A stretch of 34,510 nt of DNA from Candidatus Anstonellales archaeon (GTDB lineage: Archaea > Micrarchaeota > Micrarchaeia > Anstonellales > J096): NCBI GenBank assembly GCA_038890615.1, contig JAWAFI010000001.1:1-34510 (forward strand), read 5' to 3'. The position numbers were made by a program, and so were the translations under genes. The notes below the pieces were generated by a model. That model saw only the letters and a list, made by a program, of their open reading frames with translations, was not told where the DNA came from and did not search any database. Shown piece by piece: positions 16,877 through 26,371 of this stretch; position 1 is the first letter of the stretch; every line of letters starts with the position of its first letter.

Positions 16877-17788
16877 ATGACAGATATAAGGAAACCAGCA
16901 GCGATGGGATTAGCATTCAGGCCAAGGAGCAGGGCAAAGAAGCAGCTTCCTAGGGCAACCACTTGGAAAGAAGGGGAGGAAGCAAGGATAGAAGGCTTCA
17001 TAGGATACAAGGCAGGCATGTGCCAAGTGGCTTATCCAACTACTGAAAGGCTCTACAAAGGAAGGGAAATAGTAAGCGCAGCAACAGTGCTTGAAGTGCC
17101 GCCTATGGTCCTTTATGGGATCAGGGGATACAAAGGAGGCAAGGCAGTAGGAGATGAGCTATGCACAGATGAAGCAATACTCAAAAAAATAGGTATAAAA
17201 AAGAGGAAAGCAGCCAAGATTGACGAGAGCAAGATCGACAATGTAAGGGCCCTTGTCTATGCAGAGCCATCACTGACTGGGATAGGCAAAAAGCATATAG
17301 AAAGGGCTGAGTTTGGCGTTGGAGGAAAGGACCTTAAGGAAAAGATAAATTTCTTAAGGAGCATGCTGGGGAAGCAGTTCAATGCCTCAGATGTTTTCAA
17401 GAAAGGGGAATACATAGACATAATTGGGGTTACGAAAGGCAAAGGAATGCAGGGAACAGTCAAGAGGCACGGCACTGCGGTGCAGAGAAGGAAAGCAACT
17501 GGCAAGAGAAGGCATGTAGGCACATTGGGCCAATGGCACCCTGCTTATGTTTTTTACACTATCCCAAGGGCAGGGCAAATGGGATACCATAAGCGCACAG
17601 AGCTCAACAAGGTAGTGTGCGAGATAGGAAAGCCGGGAAAGAAGGAGTATAAGCACTACGGAAAGATAAAAAATGATGTAATTGTTGTATTGGGCTCAGT
17701 TATGGGGCCAGTGAAGAGGGCAGTGAAAATGAGGAGGGCGCTCAGGAAGGACAAATCGCAAATAGAAGTGAAGGAGCTTATCTGGTGA
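16877..17788 (+). CDS. rpl3: 50S ribosomal protein uL3
   Basis: GYKAGM, TKGKGMQG.VKR and RAGQMGYHKRTELNK. Confidence 0.97.
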   Translation: MTDIRKPAAMGLAFRPRSRAKKQLPRATTWKEGEEARIEGFIGYKAGMCQVAYPTTERLYKGREIVSAATVLEVPPMVLYGIRGYKGGKAVGDELCTDEAILKKIGIKKRKAAKIDESKIDNVRALVYAEPSLTGIGKKHIERAEFGVGGKDLKEKINFLRSMLGKQFNASDVFKKGEYIDIIGVTKGKGMQGTVKRHGTAVQRRKATGKRRHVGTLGQWHPAYVFYTIPRAGQMGYHKRTELNKVVCEIGKPGKKEYKHYGKIKNDVIVVLGSVMGPVKRAVKMRRALRKDKSQIEVKELIW

Positions 17789-17792
17789 AATT

Positions 17793-18554
17793 ATGAAAGT
17801 TGATGTTTATTCTGTTGATGGGAAAAAGAAAGGGGAAATAGAAAGCAGGATATTCGATGAGGACATAAGGGAAGACTTGATAAGGAGGGCTGCCCTAAGC
17901 GATTATAGCAAGGAGTACCAGCCAAAGGGAGCTTACAGGTACGCAGGCATGCAGACAAGCGCTTACTACAGGGGCGAAAAGGATGTTTACAGGAGCATGA
18001 AGAACATAGGCGGAGCAAAGCTCCCACGGGAAATAAGGCCAGGGGGAAGGTATGGGAGGGTTAGAAGGGTTCCCTTTGCAGTAGGGGGGAGAAGGGCCCA
18101 CCCGCCAAAGCCGCAAAAAATAATAGTTGAGAATATCAATAAAAAGGAGTACATAAAGGCCCTAAGAAGCGCTGTTGCGGCTACAGCAAGCAGCGAGGCA
18201 GTGAAGAAGAGGGGGCATATATTTGAAAAAGTGCCAATAGTGGTTGATGGGCTTGAGGACCTTAAGAAAGCAAAGGAAGTTATAGCACTCCTTGAAAAGC
18301 TTGGTTTGATGAGTGATGTTGAAAGGAGCAAAGAAAGGGCTAAGAAGAGGGTTGGCAGGAAAGGTGGCACTAAAAGGCCAAAAAGCGTGCTTTTCGTTGT
18401 TTCAGGGGATTGGAAGGCAGGAGCAAACCTGAGCGGAAGCGATGTAGTGGTTGCAGGGAAAGCAAAGGTAAAGGATTTTGCGCCCGGAGGTGTTGCAGGG
18501 CGCCTTGCGGTGTATAGCTCAAAGGCTCTATCTGAACTGGAGGCGAGGGCATGA
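17793..18554 (+). CDS. rpl4: 50S ribosomal protein uL4
   Basis: AVGGRRAHPPK, INKKE and APGGVAGRL, in operon order. Confidence 0.97.
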   Translation: MKVDVYSVDGKKKGEIESRIFDEDIREDLIRRAALSDYSKEYQPKGAYRYAGMQTSAYYRGEKDVYRSMKNIGGAKLPREIRPGGRYGRVRRVPFAVGGRRAHPPKPQKIIVENINKKEYIKALRSAVAATASSEAVKKRGHIFEKVPIVVDGLEDLKKAKEVIALLEKLGLMSDVERSKERAKKRVGRKGGTKRPKSVLFVVSGDWKAGANLSGSDVVVAGKAKVKDFAPGGVAGRLAVYSSKALSELEARA

Positions 18555-18799
18555 TAATAAAGAAAGCAGTAAAAACAGAAAAATTCATAAGCAAGGTTGA
18601 TTTTGAGGGCAAGATAACCCTTGAGGTTGACCTTAAGGCTACAAAAAAAGAAATAATTGAAGAATTCGAGAAAGTGAGCGGGGAGAAAGTGAAAAAGATT
18701 AACATCTACATAACACCTGCGGGCAAAAAGAGGGCAGTGATAAAGCTGGCAGACCCTGCAAAGGCAGAGGATGTTGCCCTAAAGTTCAAATTAGTGTGA
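18551..18799 (+). CDS. rpl23: 50S ribosomal protein uL23
   Basis: TEK...V..KATK, KKRAVIKL, in operon order. Confidence 0.93.
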   Translation: MIIKKAVKTEKFISKVDFEGKITLEVDLKATKKEIIEEFEKVSGEKVKKINIYITPAGKKRAVIKLADPAKAEDVALKFKLV

Positions 18800-18803
18800 T
18801 AGC

Positions 18804-19538
18804 ATGACAAAGAGAATAAGGTCGCAAAGGAGGGGGCGCGGAAGCAAGAGGTTCAGGAGCCCAGGATACAGGTTTGTTGCAGACATAAAGCTGCCGGAAA
18901 AAGAAGGAAAGGCGCAGGTGATTGATATAATAGATGATCCGGGTAGGAACGCACCGTTGGTTGAGGTGATGTTTGAGGACTTCACAAGAGGCTATATGAT
19001 AGCCCCAGAAGGAGCTGCAGTAGGGGATGTTTTTGAGATAGGAGGCAATGCAAGGCCTGCAGTAGGCAATGTGCTAAAGCTAAAAGACATACCAGACAGC
19101 TTTTATGTTTATAACATAGAGAAGGTAAGAGGGGATGGGGGTAAGATGGTAAGGAGCGCAGGAAGTTATGCAATAATACTCTCTAAAGAAGGGAATTATG
19201 TGTATGTCAAAATGCCTACGAAGAAAATCCTGAAAATAGATGGAGAATGCAGGGCTGCCATAGGCGTGGTGGCAGGAGGGGGGGTGCTAGAAGCTCCGCT
19301 TGTGAAAGCAGGGAATTCATACTTCAAGTTCAAGGCAAAGGGCAACAGGAGATGGCCAGAAGTAAGAGGGGTTAAGATGAGCGCCTACAACCACCCGCAC
19401 GGAGGAAAGCAGCACCATGTTGGGAAGCCAACTACAGTATCAAGGCATGCACCCCCAGGGTCAAAGGTAGGCCATATTGCAGCAAGGAGGACCGGCAGAA
19501 GAAAAGCAAGGATTCAGGAGGAGAGTGAAGAAGAATGA
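18804..19538 (+). CDS. rpl2: 50S ribosomal protein uL2
   Basis: QRRGRG, DPGRNAP, HPHGG and KVGHIAARRTG. Confidence 0.97.
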   Translation: MTKRIRSQRRGRGSKRFRSPGYRFVADIKLPEKEGKAQVIDIIDDPGRNAPLVEVMFEDFTRGYMIAPEGAAVGDVFEIGGNARPAVGNVLKLKDIPDSFYVYNIEKVRGDGGKMVRSAGSYAIILSKEGNYVYVKMPTKKILKIDGECRAAIGVVAGGGVLEAPLVKAGNSYFKFKAKGNRRWPEVRGVKMSAYNHPHGGKQHHVGKPTTVSRHAPPGSKVGHIAARRTGRRKARIQEESEEE

Positions 19539-19933
19539 AGGTTGAGAAGTTCAGGGGGAAAACAGAGGAGGAAATAAAGAACATTTCTATAGATGAATTT
19601 CTAAATATGGTAAGTGCAGGGGCAAGGAGGAACCTGAAGAGGATGAACCTAAACTTTAGGTACAAGAAGCTCGTTGACAAGGTAAGGAAGCTGAAGAGCA
19701 AAGGAGGGATAAAGAAGCCGATAAAGACCCACCTTAGGGATGCAGTGATTATCCCGGAGTGGCTTGGGATAAAGTTCCTTGTGCACAACGGCAAGGATTG
19801 GAAGCCAGTAGAGATAACAATGAACAAGCTTGGCAGGAGGCTTGGCGATTTTTCCCATACAACAGGCAAGGTCATCCATTCAGGCCCAGGAGTAGGGGCA
19901 ACTAGGGGAAGCAAGTTTGTGCCGCTGAAGTGA
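19535..19933 (+). CDS. rps19: 30S ribosomal protein uS19
   Basis: IKTHLRD, VHNGK and PGVGATRGSKFVPLK. Confidence 0.97.
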   Translation: MKVEKFRGKTEEEIKNISIDEFLNMVSAGARRNLKRMNLNFRYKKLVDKVRKLKSKGGIKKPIKTHLRDAVIIPEWLGIKFLVHNGKDWKPVEITMNKLGRRLGDFSHTTGKVIHSGPGVGATRGSKFVPLK

Positions 19934-20373
19934 TGGAAATGTATAACTCATTTGACTCAAAAACGCATGGGAAGGCCCGCCTTGAGGATGTTGATGTGTC
20001 CTTCAAGGATGCAGTTGCAGTGTGCAGGAGCATAAAGGGTATGGAAACCGAGAAAGCAATTGAATACTTAGAGGCAGTCAAGGAAATGAAAAAAGCGGTA
20101 AAGTACACAAAGTACAACAAAAAGATGGCACACAGAAAAGAGCTGGGCGGGCAGAAAGGCAGGTATCCAAGAAAAGCAGGAAGGATAGTTCTTAAAGTGC
20201 TGAAGGACGCAATTGCAAATGCTGAGAGCAAAGGGATAACTGGGGAGCTTGAGATTGTGCACGCTTCTGCAAACAAAAAGAACGTATTCAGGAGGATACA
20301 GCCAAAAGGGAGGCAAATATACTCAAACTATGAGACAGCCAGGATTGAGATTGTTGTGAGGGAGAAAAAATGA
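19933..20373 (+). CDS. rpl22: 50S ribosomal protein uL22
   Basis: VSFK, GRYPRKA and ANAESKG. The ATG at 19933 overlaps the rps19 stop. Confidence 0.95.
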   Translation: MEMYNSFDSKTHGKARLEDVDVSFKDAVAVCRSIKGMETEKAIEYLEAVKEMKKAVKYTKYNKKMAHRKELGGQKGRYPRKAGRIVLKVLKDAIANAESKGITGELEIVHASANKKNVFRRIQPKGRQIYSNYETARIEIVVREKK

Positions 20374-21035
20374 CAATAAAGAATATTGAAAACAAATTTA
20401 TAGCAGAGCCATTGCTTAAGGCAAGGATGAGGGAATTCCTAGACAAGAAGCTGGAAAGGGCAGGTATATCAAACATAGAGATACAGAGAACCCCGCTGTT
20501 CACAAAAATAATGATAGAGTGCCTCAACCCGGGCTATGTTATAGGGGCAAAAGGAAGGAGAAGCAATGAGCTAACTGATGAGATAAAGAAGCTATTTGAC
20601 ATAGAAAATCCACAGATATCAGTAATTGAGGTGCAGAATCCGTCAATAGAGCCACGCCTCGTAGGTAAGAAAGCAGCAAAGTACATTGAGATGGGGAAGA
20701 GGCTAAGGCCAGTAATGCAGAGGCTCCTCAAGTCAATGCTTGATGCAGGGGCTTTAGGTGGGGAAATAGTTGCAAGCGGAAAGCTAGGAGGCAAAGGGGC
20801 AAAATCAAGGGCTGTAAAAGTTAGCGCTGGCTATCTCCCAAAGGCAGGGCAGGTTACTGAAAGCGTCAAGGAAGCGCTTGTTGAGGCTCACACGAAAGCA
20901 GGCATAATTGGGATAAGGGTAAGGGTTGTACCGCCTGGCACAAAATTCCCTGACAAGGAAGTGAAGAAGATTGACCTCCCAAAAACAATTGCGAAAAGCA
21001 AGGAGAACAGCGAAAAGGAAGGGGGTGAACTTTGA
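20370..21035 (+). CDS. rps3: 30S ribosomal protein uS3
   Basis: PGYVIGAKG KH motif, GALGGEIVASGKL and GIIGIRVRV. Confidence 0.96.
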   Translation: MTIKNIENKFIAEPLLKARMREFLDKKLERAGISNIEIQRTPLFTKIMIECLNPGYVIGAKGRRSNELTDEIKKLFDIENPQISVIEVQNPSIEPRLVGKKAAKYIEMGKRLRPVMQRLLKSMLDAGALGGEIVASGKLGGKGAKSRAVKVSAGYLPKAGQVTESVKEALVEAHTKAGIIGIRVRVVPPGTKFPDKEVKKIDLPKTIAKSKENSEKEGGEL

Positions 21036-21274
21036 TGGCTGTTGTAAAAGCATGGGAATTGAGGCAGATGGGAAAGGAAGAGCTACTGAAGAAGATGGAA
21101 GAATATGGAAGGGAGCTAATGCTTACTGAAGCAAATCCGGGCAAAATAAGGGAGCTTAAGAAAGCCATTGCAAGGATAAAGACTGAGTTAAGGGAAAGGG
21201 AATTGGGGATTATCAGGAAGAAGGGGCCAAAAAGGAAAGCTGAAGAAAAGCCAAAGGAAAATTCTGCTCAATAA
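21035..21274 (+). CDS. rpl29: 50S ribosomal protein uL29
   Basis: ELRQM...NPGKIRELKKAIARIKT, following uS3. Confidence 0.92.
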   Translation: MAVVKAWELRQMGKEELLKKMEEYGRELMLTEANPGKIRELKKAIARIKTELRERELGIIRKKGPKRKAEEKPKENSAQ

Positions 21275-21280
21275 TTCTTC

Positions 21281-22240
21281 TTATTTTTGCTTATTTTTCT
21301 TCGTGCCCTTCTCCTTTTTGAAAATAAGGGGCTCAAGCAGAAGAAGTATATGGTAGAATGCCTCTTTTGGGGAAACCCTGACAAATGCGCCTGCTGCATT
21401 CGCATGCCCCCCTCCATAGCCGTTGCACCTCTTTGCAAGAGAGGCCATCAGCGAGTTCAGGGCTATGCTTTTTATTCCAGAGGAGCGGGCGCTTACCTTT
21501 GTGCCTCCCTCTGATTCCTCAGCGACAAATACAAGGTCCGATACATTGCTAAGCAAAGCTGCAACAGATGAAGGGCTAACCTTGGTTGTTGAGAAAGCAA
21601 TTACTTTATCGCTTATGAATACCCAGCTTGCTGATTGCAGTGCTTCTATTATCAATGGCCTTTCTTCTGGGGAAACATCTGAAGAAATGAAGCGCAGGAC
21701 ATCTTTCATGGTGCGCCCTGACTTGCTGAGCATGGACGCAAACTTAAGGAGTGTTTCAGATGAAGCTACTTTAAAAAGAACTGTGTCGCTTGCAATCCCA
21801 ACTGAAAGAGCAAATAGGGCATTCTTGCTTAAGGAAGGTCCAAGAAGGTCGTATATTAACTCAGAGCACGAGGAGTAAGATGGGCGGATTATTGAGTGCC
21901 TCGCTTTTATGGGAAAAAGGTCTTTTTGGTGGTGGTCAATTACTAAGAACGCACTCTCTGCTCCTGCTAGGTTCTTGCTGTGGGTGTCAACAACTACCAT
22001 GGCAGGGCCATCTGGGGGATTGCCATCGCTGTACGGAACTTTAAGGGATTCAAAAAGGAAATGGGCATCCCTCCTTGGCTTGTCCAAGTAAATCCTGGAA
22101 TGGGGCAAAAGAGAATGCAGGGCTATGAGAGAGGCAGCAGAATCAAGATCAGCCCTTGAATGTGAAACAAGAGATACCTTATGCTTAGAGAGATAGGAAA
22201 GGATTTTAGTTAGTGCCGCCCTTTCCTTGCTCAGCGCCAT
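21281..22240 (-). CDS. DHH/DHHA1 phosphoesterase (NrnA-like)
   Basis: H..ADLDS, VVDT, IDHH, GIASDT and GGGHANAAG. Last gene of the exosome cluster. Confidence 0.9.
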   Translation of the reverse strand: MALSKERAALTKILSYLSKHKVSLVSHSRADLDSAASLIALHSLLPHSRIYLDKPRRDAHFLFESLKVPYSDGNPPDGPAMVVVDTHSKNLAGAESAFLVIDHHQKDLFPIKARHSIIRPSYSSCSELIYDLLGPSLSKNALFALSVGIASDTVLFKVASSETLLKFASMLSKSGRTMKDVLRFISSDVSPEERPLIIEALQSASWVFISDKVIAFSTTKVSPSSVAALLSNVSDLVFVAEESEGGTKVSARSSGIKSIALNSLMASLAKRCNGYGGGHANAAGAFVRVSPKEAFYHILLLLEPLIFKKEKGTKKNKQK

Positions 22241-22562
22241 GCATCCCCTCTTCTATCTTCTTGTAAAGCCTCTGCAGGGTGCTTTTCATCTTCTCCTCGT
22301 CCTCGTGGAGCACCTTTAGCTTCGCTTCTACAAATTTCTTGGTGCTCTCAAGCTCCTCCAATGCCTTTTCCTTGTCCTTCTCAATCATAACAGGCCCAAC
22401 CATCTTGAATACGCTCTTGCCCTCGTACTCCTTAAGCTCATCCATTGCTAAGTTTATCTCATTAAGCTGGAGCTGGAACTGGTACTTCTGCATCATAGTA
22501 GACTGCAATCTCTTTTCCATTTCCTGGAATGTGGCTATATCTTCTTCGACTCCCATACTCAA
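22206..22562 (-). CDS. pfdB: Prefoldin beta subunit
   Basis: Coiled coil with a VFKMVGPVMIEK hairpin, in the conserved position after Pcc1. Confidence 0.93.
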   Translation of the reverse strand: MSMGVEEDIATFQEMEKRLQSTMMQKYQFQLQLNEINLAMDELKEYEGKSVFKMVGPVMIEKDKEKALEELESTKKFVEAKLKVLHEDEEKMKSTLQRLYKKIEEGMHGAEQGKGGTN

Positions 22563-22568
22563 AACCTC

Positions 22569-22802
22569 TCAAGCATCAATTGCCTGCAGATAGCGAAGGT
22601 AGCTGTCAGCAACGCTTCTAAGCAGGCCTATGTCAGAACTGGTTATTCGTAGTTTAAAAATCTTTCCATGCGCAGAAACCTCAACCTTAGCATCAGCCCT
22701 GCCTAAATCCTGCCCCTTTAGGGCTTTTAGCGCTGAAGAGCAGCTTCTGGCATCCTTGCACTCGTATAAAATCTCAATGGAGTGGCTCATATTTAAGCTC
22801 AC
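22569..22802 (-). CDS. pcc1: KEOPS subunit Pcc1
   Basis: Small protein with LRITSSDIGLLRSVADSYLRYL, lying between Brix and pfdB. The true start may be the second Met (22790). Confidence 0.75.
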   Translation of the reverse strand: MSLNMSHSIEILYECKDARSCSSALKALKGQDLGRADAKVEVSAHGKIFKLRITSSDIGLLRSVADSYLRYLQAIDA

Positions 22803-23145
22803 CTTTCTTTGATTTCCCTACAAGCATAATTATAGATAATCGGCCTTTTTTGAATGAAGGGGATTCTAAAGCAAGCGGGTCAAGAGCAGGGCATTGGCTT
22901 GAGGAAATGGAGGTGATCTTAAGGGAAGCTATATAGCGTGGTTCCTTTGGGCCTGCCCTGAATATGGTAAGCACTCCTCCCTTCTCAACAACTCCTATGT
23001 ACTCTTGGAAAATTGAATTTGCAATCTCGTTTAAGCGCACCATGCCCTTCCTCCCTCTCCTCACATAAGGCAGGCACAAGAATGAGGAAAGCTTTTTTGC
23101 TAGCGAGATTTCCTGCTTGCCCGGGCTTTTGGCAGTGGTTATCAT
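22774..23145 (-). CDS. Short Brix-domain (Imp4-like) ribosome biogenesis protein
   Basis: ITT..SP......LAK.L......YV.RGRK matches the Brix N-terminus, and it is syntenic after rpoP. Confidence 0.7.
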   Translation of the reverse strand: MITTAKSPGKQEISLAKKLSSFLCLPYVRRGRKGMVRLNEIANSIFQEYIGVVEKGGVLTIFRAGPKEPRYIASLKITSISSSQCPALDPLALESPSFKKGRLSIIMLVGKSKKGELKYEPLH

Positions 23146-23277
23146 CTAATCTGTTTTCACAGCTATCCCTACAGGGGGCCTTTTCACAAAGAGCACATGC
23201 TCCCCTGTGTCAGGGAATGAAAAATTCTTCTTGTTGACCTTCTCGTAATCAATCTTTTTTGTGCTAAGCTCGCTCAT
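23146..23277 (-). CDS. rpoP: RNA polymerase subunit P (Rpo12), cysteine-free variant; not in the ORF track
   Basis: 43-aa ORF MSELSTKKIDYEKVNKKNFSFPDTGEHVLFVKRPPVGIAVKTD exactly fills the eL43-Brix gap, with an ATGA overlap and its stop abutting the Brix ATG. It keeps the RpoP C-terminal LF.KRPP....VK signature. Confidence 0.75.
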   Translation of the reverse strand: MSELSTKKIDYEKVNKKNFSFPDTGEHVLFVKRPPVGIAVKTD

Positions 23278-23486
23278 TTTGCCACCTTCCTTATTGTTTC
23301 TCCTGCGCCAGTAGTTGGAGTGTATGCCGCTCCTGCAATCTTAGCATTGCAAGACCTGCAAACCCATATCGCATTGCCGCTCCTCTTAAGGGAATTCTTA
23401 AAGCACTTGGGGCACTGGTAGCGCGCCCTTTTCTTGCTGAGCACTGCCTTGTGCATTTTCATTATTTTGGCTCCGTACCTGAACAT
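23274..23486 (-). CDS. rpl37ae: 50S ribosomal protein eL43 (L37ae)
   Basis: RYGA, CPKC...IWVCRSC and AGAAYTP. N-terminally shortened. Confidence 0.95.
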   Translation of the reverse strand: MFRYGAKIMKMHKAVLSKKRARYQCPKCFKNSLKRSGNAIWVCRSCNAKIAGAAYTPTTGAGETIRKVAK

Positions 23487-23491
23487 CTAAA

Positions 23492-24322
23492 TCACTCTTG
23501 AAGCGCTAGTCTCCTTAAGACCTTGCCTTTCTCAAAGGCCTTGTCAACAAGGGATAGTATTTCATCCTTTTTAAATGTTCCGCTGAGGCCCTTCTGCATT
23601 GAGCAGAGGTAGTTTTCAACAGTCCCTACTGTGTAGCGTGCATTGGAAGCGTTTTCCTCATCTAAAATAGCATCAACAACGATGTATTTGCCTATCTTGA
23701 AGAATGTGGTTGTAACTGGCACCTGCTTTAGGTCTAGGGATCCGGCATATTCCCCAGGAACTATCTTTCCATCCTCAACCTTAGGCATCCTTGTGTCCAA
23801 AAGCGCAGACACAGCTGCCAAAGAAGAGGCATCAAAGTAGTTGCCAAAGTGGTCTATGAGATAGATGTCAACGAAAATGCTTAGCACCTTCCCTTCCTCT
23901 ATGAAAAGCGATTCCATATCGATGCACTTGCTTTCCCTTATGCCTCTGTCAACTACGCGCGCAAGCTCAATTGAGTTTGGGTCAGGTGGGCCTGGCTCAA
24001 ATGTTTCAGAGGCAAGAGGCAGAAACTCTGCATTGACTATGAGCACCCCCTCATTAGGGGTGTCGGGAAAGGGCTCCATGATTCCAAATTTAACCCCTGA
24101 AAGCACTTGGGTTTGCCCAATCTTGACAAGGGCTGAACCCTCTGCATTCGGGATTACCCCTTTCTTAATGTCTATCTTCCTGTACTCGTCAAACTTCCTT
24201 CCGTCAATCCTAATGCCCTTCTCAAGCATGTTTATGATAGTTTCCCTTTTCATCTGGTAAATTACCTTTTCTGATCCTGCCATATTATCACAGCTCCAAG
24301 CCTTCTGCTTCTGCCTCTTCAT
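23492..24322 (-). CDS. rrp42: Exosome subunit Rrp42
   Basis: RIDGRKFDEYR, AEGSALVKIG and ELARVVDRGIRES. The real start is probably MAGSEK near 24283. Confidence 0.95.
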   Translation of the reverse strand: MKRQKQKAWSCDNMAGSEKVIYQMKRETIINMLEKGIRIDGRKFDEYRKIDIKKGVIPNAEGSALVKIGQTQVLSGVKFGIMEPFPDTPNEGVLIVNAEFLPLASETFEPGPPDPNSIELARVVDRGIRESKCIDMESLFIEEGKVLSIFVDIYLIDHFGNYFDASSLAAVSALLDTRMPKVEDGKIVPGEYAGSLDLKQVPVTTTFFKIGKYIVVDAILDEENASNARYTVGTVENYLCSMQKGLSGTFKKDEILSLVDKAFEKGKVLRRLALQE

Positions 24323-25034
24323 AGCCCTTTATAAGGGCTTCTTTCTGAAGCTCGCCAACCTTGTTAGCAGCCTTCTGGCCCATCTCAAAAAGCTGAATGA
24401 ACTCCTCCTTAGTGAGCATGCCATCCATCTGGAGAAGAAGCACTTCATCAGTGCCCCTTCTTATGGCAAGGGCAACATCTGACTGGCCGTAGTTGTCTTC
24501 AAACTTGTCAAGGTCAACGATGAGCTTGCCTCCTGCCTTGCCCATTGCAACTGCGCCAACAAGCCCCTTCATAGGTATTCCTGCGTCTGCAAGAGCCACT
24601 GAAGCAGCTGTTATTGCAGATACCCTTGTGCCTCCATCTGCCTGAAGCACATCCATAAAGATGTCTATCTGCGTGCGTGGGAATTTCTCCAGCATAACCA
24701 CATTCTCGAAAACTTCCTTTATAACCTTGGAGAGCTCTGTGCTCCTCCTGTTAGGTCCTGTGCGTCCATGATCCTCTAAGGAGGCAAACGGGCTCATTGT
24801 GTACCTTGCACGGATTATTGCCCTATACGGGTTTTCCTCGTGCTTCGGGAGGCACTCCCTTGGACCGAATACCCCGCATATGACTTTGTTTTTGCCCCAC
24901 TCAACATAAGCAGAGCCATCAGCGCTTGAGAGCACCCCAGGCACAATCCTTATTGGCCTAAGGTCCTCCATCCCCCTTCCGCTAAGCCTTTTCCCATCCT
25001 CCCTTAGGAGAGGGATTTCTGATTTCATGCTCAT
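24288..25034 (-). CDS. rrp41: Exosome subunit Rrp41
   Basis: ADGSAYVEWG, RRSTELSKVI and QADGGTR (phosphate-binding site). Confidence 0.96.
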   Translation of the reverse strand: MSMKSEIPLLREDGKRLSGRGMEDLRPIRIVPGVLSSADGSAYVEWGKNKVICGVFGPRECLPKHEENPYRAIIRARYTMSPFASLEDHGRTGPNRRSTELSKVIKEVFENVVMLEKFPRTQIDIFMDVLQADGGTRVSAITAASVALADAGIPMKGLVGAVAMGKAGGKLIVDLDKFEDNYGQSDVALAIRRGTDEVLLLQMDGMLTKEEFIQLFEMGQKAANKVGELQKEALIKGYEEAEAEGLEL

Positions 25035-25633
25035 TGCCTCACCTTTGACCTTATGAATTGGAGAACATAATCAGTAAGGCCTTTCTTATGGGCCCTCTGC
25101 TTCACCAGGTTAAGTACTTGGAGCACAAGGGGTATGTTGCCTGTCTCGGATATCCAAACATAACCATTGTTCGCTACAATTATGTTGGTCTTTGTTTCTT
25201 CTTTTATCTGCTTCAGCATGCTCATGCCTTTTCCTAACAACCTAGGGATTTTGACAGTCGGGAAATCTATAACCTTGCCCTTTGGAAGGAGCTTCGGCTC
25301 TGCAAGCATTATCGTGCCCTCCTCCTCAACATCCCTTATTGACGCCAATATCACATCCCCTAATTTTAGGCGCATGTTGCGCAGGTCCCTTGCCACAATG
25401 AAACCTGGGTAAGGCAAGTTTATGTCTACTGTGTAGCCGGCATGCCTTGAATTTACAACTATGCCAATCACTGTATCCCCCCTTAGAGGCATATAAGCCC
25501 CTTCCAGCGGGATAAACTTCCCATCCTCTTCAAGCATCCCTAGCACTGCAGCGTAAGATTTTCCGCCTTCTTCATATATATAATCAGATTCTATCCTTCT
25601 ATCTGATATTTTCTCTCCTGGAACTACTATCAT
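25031..25633 (-). CDS. rrp4: Exosome RNA-binding subunit Rrp4
   Basis: IVVPGE, YMP..GDTVIG (S1) and KIPRLLGKGMSM..NNGYVW (KH). Confidence 0.93.
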   Translation of the reverse strand: MIVVPGEKISDRRIESDYIYEEGGKSYAAVLGMLEEDGKFIPLEGAYMPLRGDTVIGIVVNSRHAGYTVDINLPYPGFIVARDLRNMRLKLGDVILASIRDVEEEGTIMLAEPKLLPKGKVIDFPTVKIPRLLGKGMSMLKQIKEETKTNIIVANNGYVWISETGNIPLVLQVLNLVKQRAHKKGLTDYVLQFIRSKVRQ

Positions 25634-25637
25634 TCTT

Positions 25638-26333
25638 TCACCTTTTTTCTATTATTTTGCTCTCTATTGAGCCAGCAGCCATGGAATTGAGCTTTTCTAG
25701 GAAGTTGCTCACCATGCCTGACGGCATCTCAAAAAGGGCAACAAGAGAGCCATCTTTTGCCCATTCTTCTTTTTTGGGGCCACTGTTTTTAATTGTTTTG
25801 TAGCACTTGTAGGCGTGCTCAGGAGGCACCTTTATGGCAAACACAGTGACCTCCATCTTTAAGGGGATCTTCTCCCTCAGCTTATCTAAGATGGTGTTTA
25901 ACTGCACCTCAGGGCTCTTGAATGGGTCAACCTGCACCTTTGCTTCCTCCATTGCGTTTTCTATGCGTAAAATCGTATGCGGCGCTCCTGTACGGGGGTC
26001 TATGGTTAGGGTATGTATCATGTTAACTATGGCGCTTTTCTTCTCTTCAACCATCTTCCTCCTTCTCTCAGTTGTAAGCTGAACCTCACCATGTTCCAAT
26101 ACTTCTTTAAGCACTGCAAATATGTCATTTGAGCCAAAGGCCTTCCTTACTGCCTCTGGGCCGTGCCTGTCCCCTTTCTTTGCATCCTTGAAAACCTCCT
26201 CAACCACTAAGATGTTGTTCAAGTCGTGCTTTTTCCCCTCTATGTATGAATATGCTGGCTCCGCATATAGGATAAGCTCGAAGGTGTCGTTGCCCTTCCT
26301 GTATTTGCCTATTATTGTGTTGTCAGAACTCAT
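25638..26333 (-). CDS. sdo1: Ribosome maturation factor SBDS/Sdo1
   Basis: FKDAKKG, QLTTERRRKM and DPRTGAPH..RIENAM. Confidence 0.95.
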   Translation of the reverse strand: MSSDNTIIGKYRKGNDTFELILYAEPAYSYIEGKKHDLNNILVVEEVFKDAKKGDRHGPEAVRKAFGSNDIFAVLKEVLEHGEVQLTTERRRKMVEEKKSAIVNMIHTLTIDPRTGAPHTILRIENAMEEAKVQVDPFKSPEVQLNTILDKLREKIPLKMEVTVFAIKVPPEHAYKCYKTIKNSGPKKEEWAKDGSLVALFEMPSGMVSNFLEKLNSMAAGSIESKIIEKR

Positions 26334-26353
26334 TAGATTCTATAAGGAGTACT

Positions 26354-26363
26354 CTTTAAAAAG
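26354..26363. promoter_or_regulatory. Probable bidirectional TATA box
   Basis: CTTTAAAAAG lies about 21 nt from both the SBDS ATG (26333, minus) and the GTG at 26384 (plus). Confidence 0.55.
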
Positions 26364-26371
26364 GTTAACTG

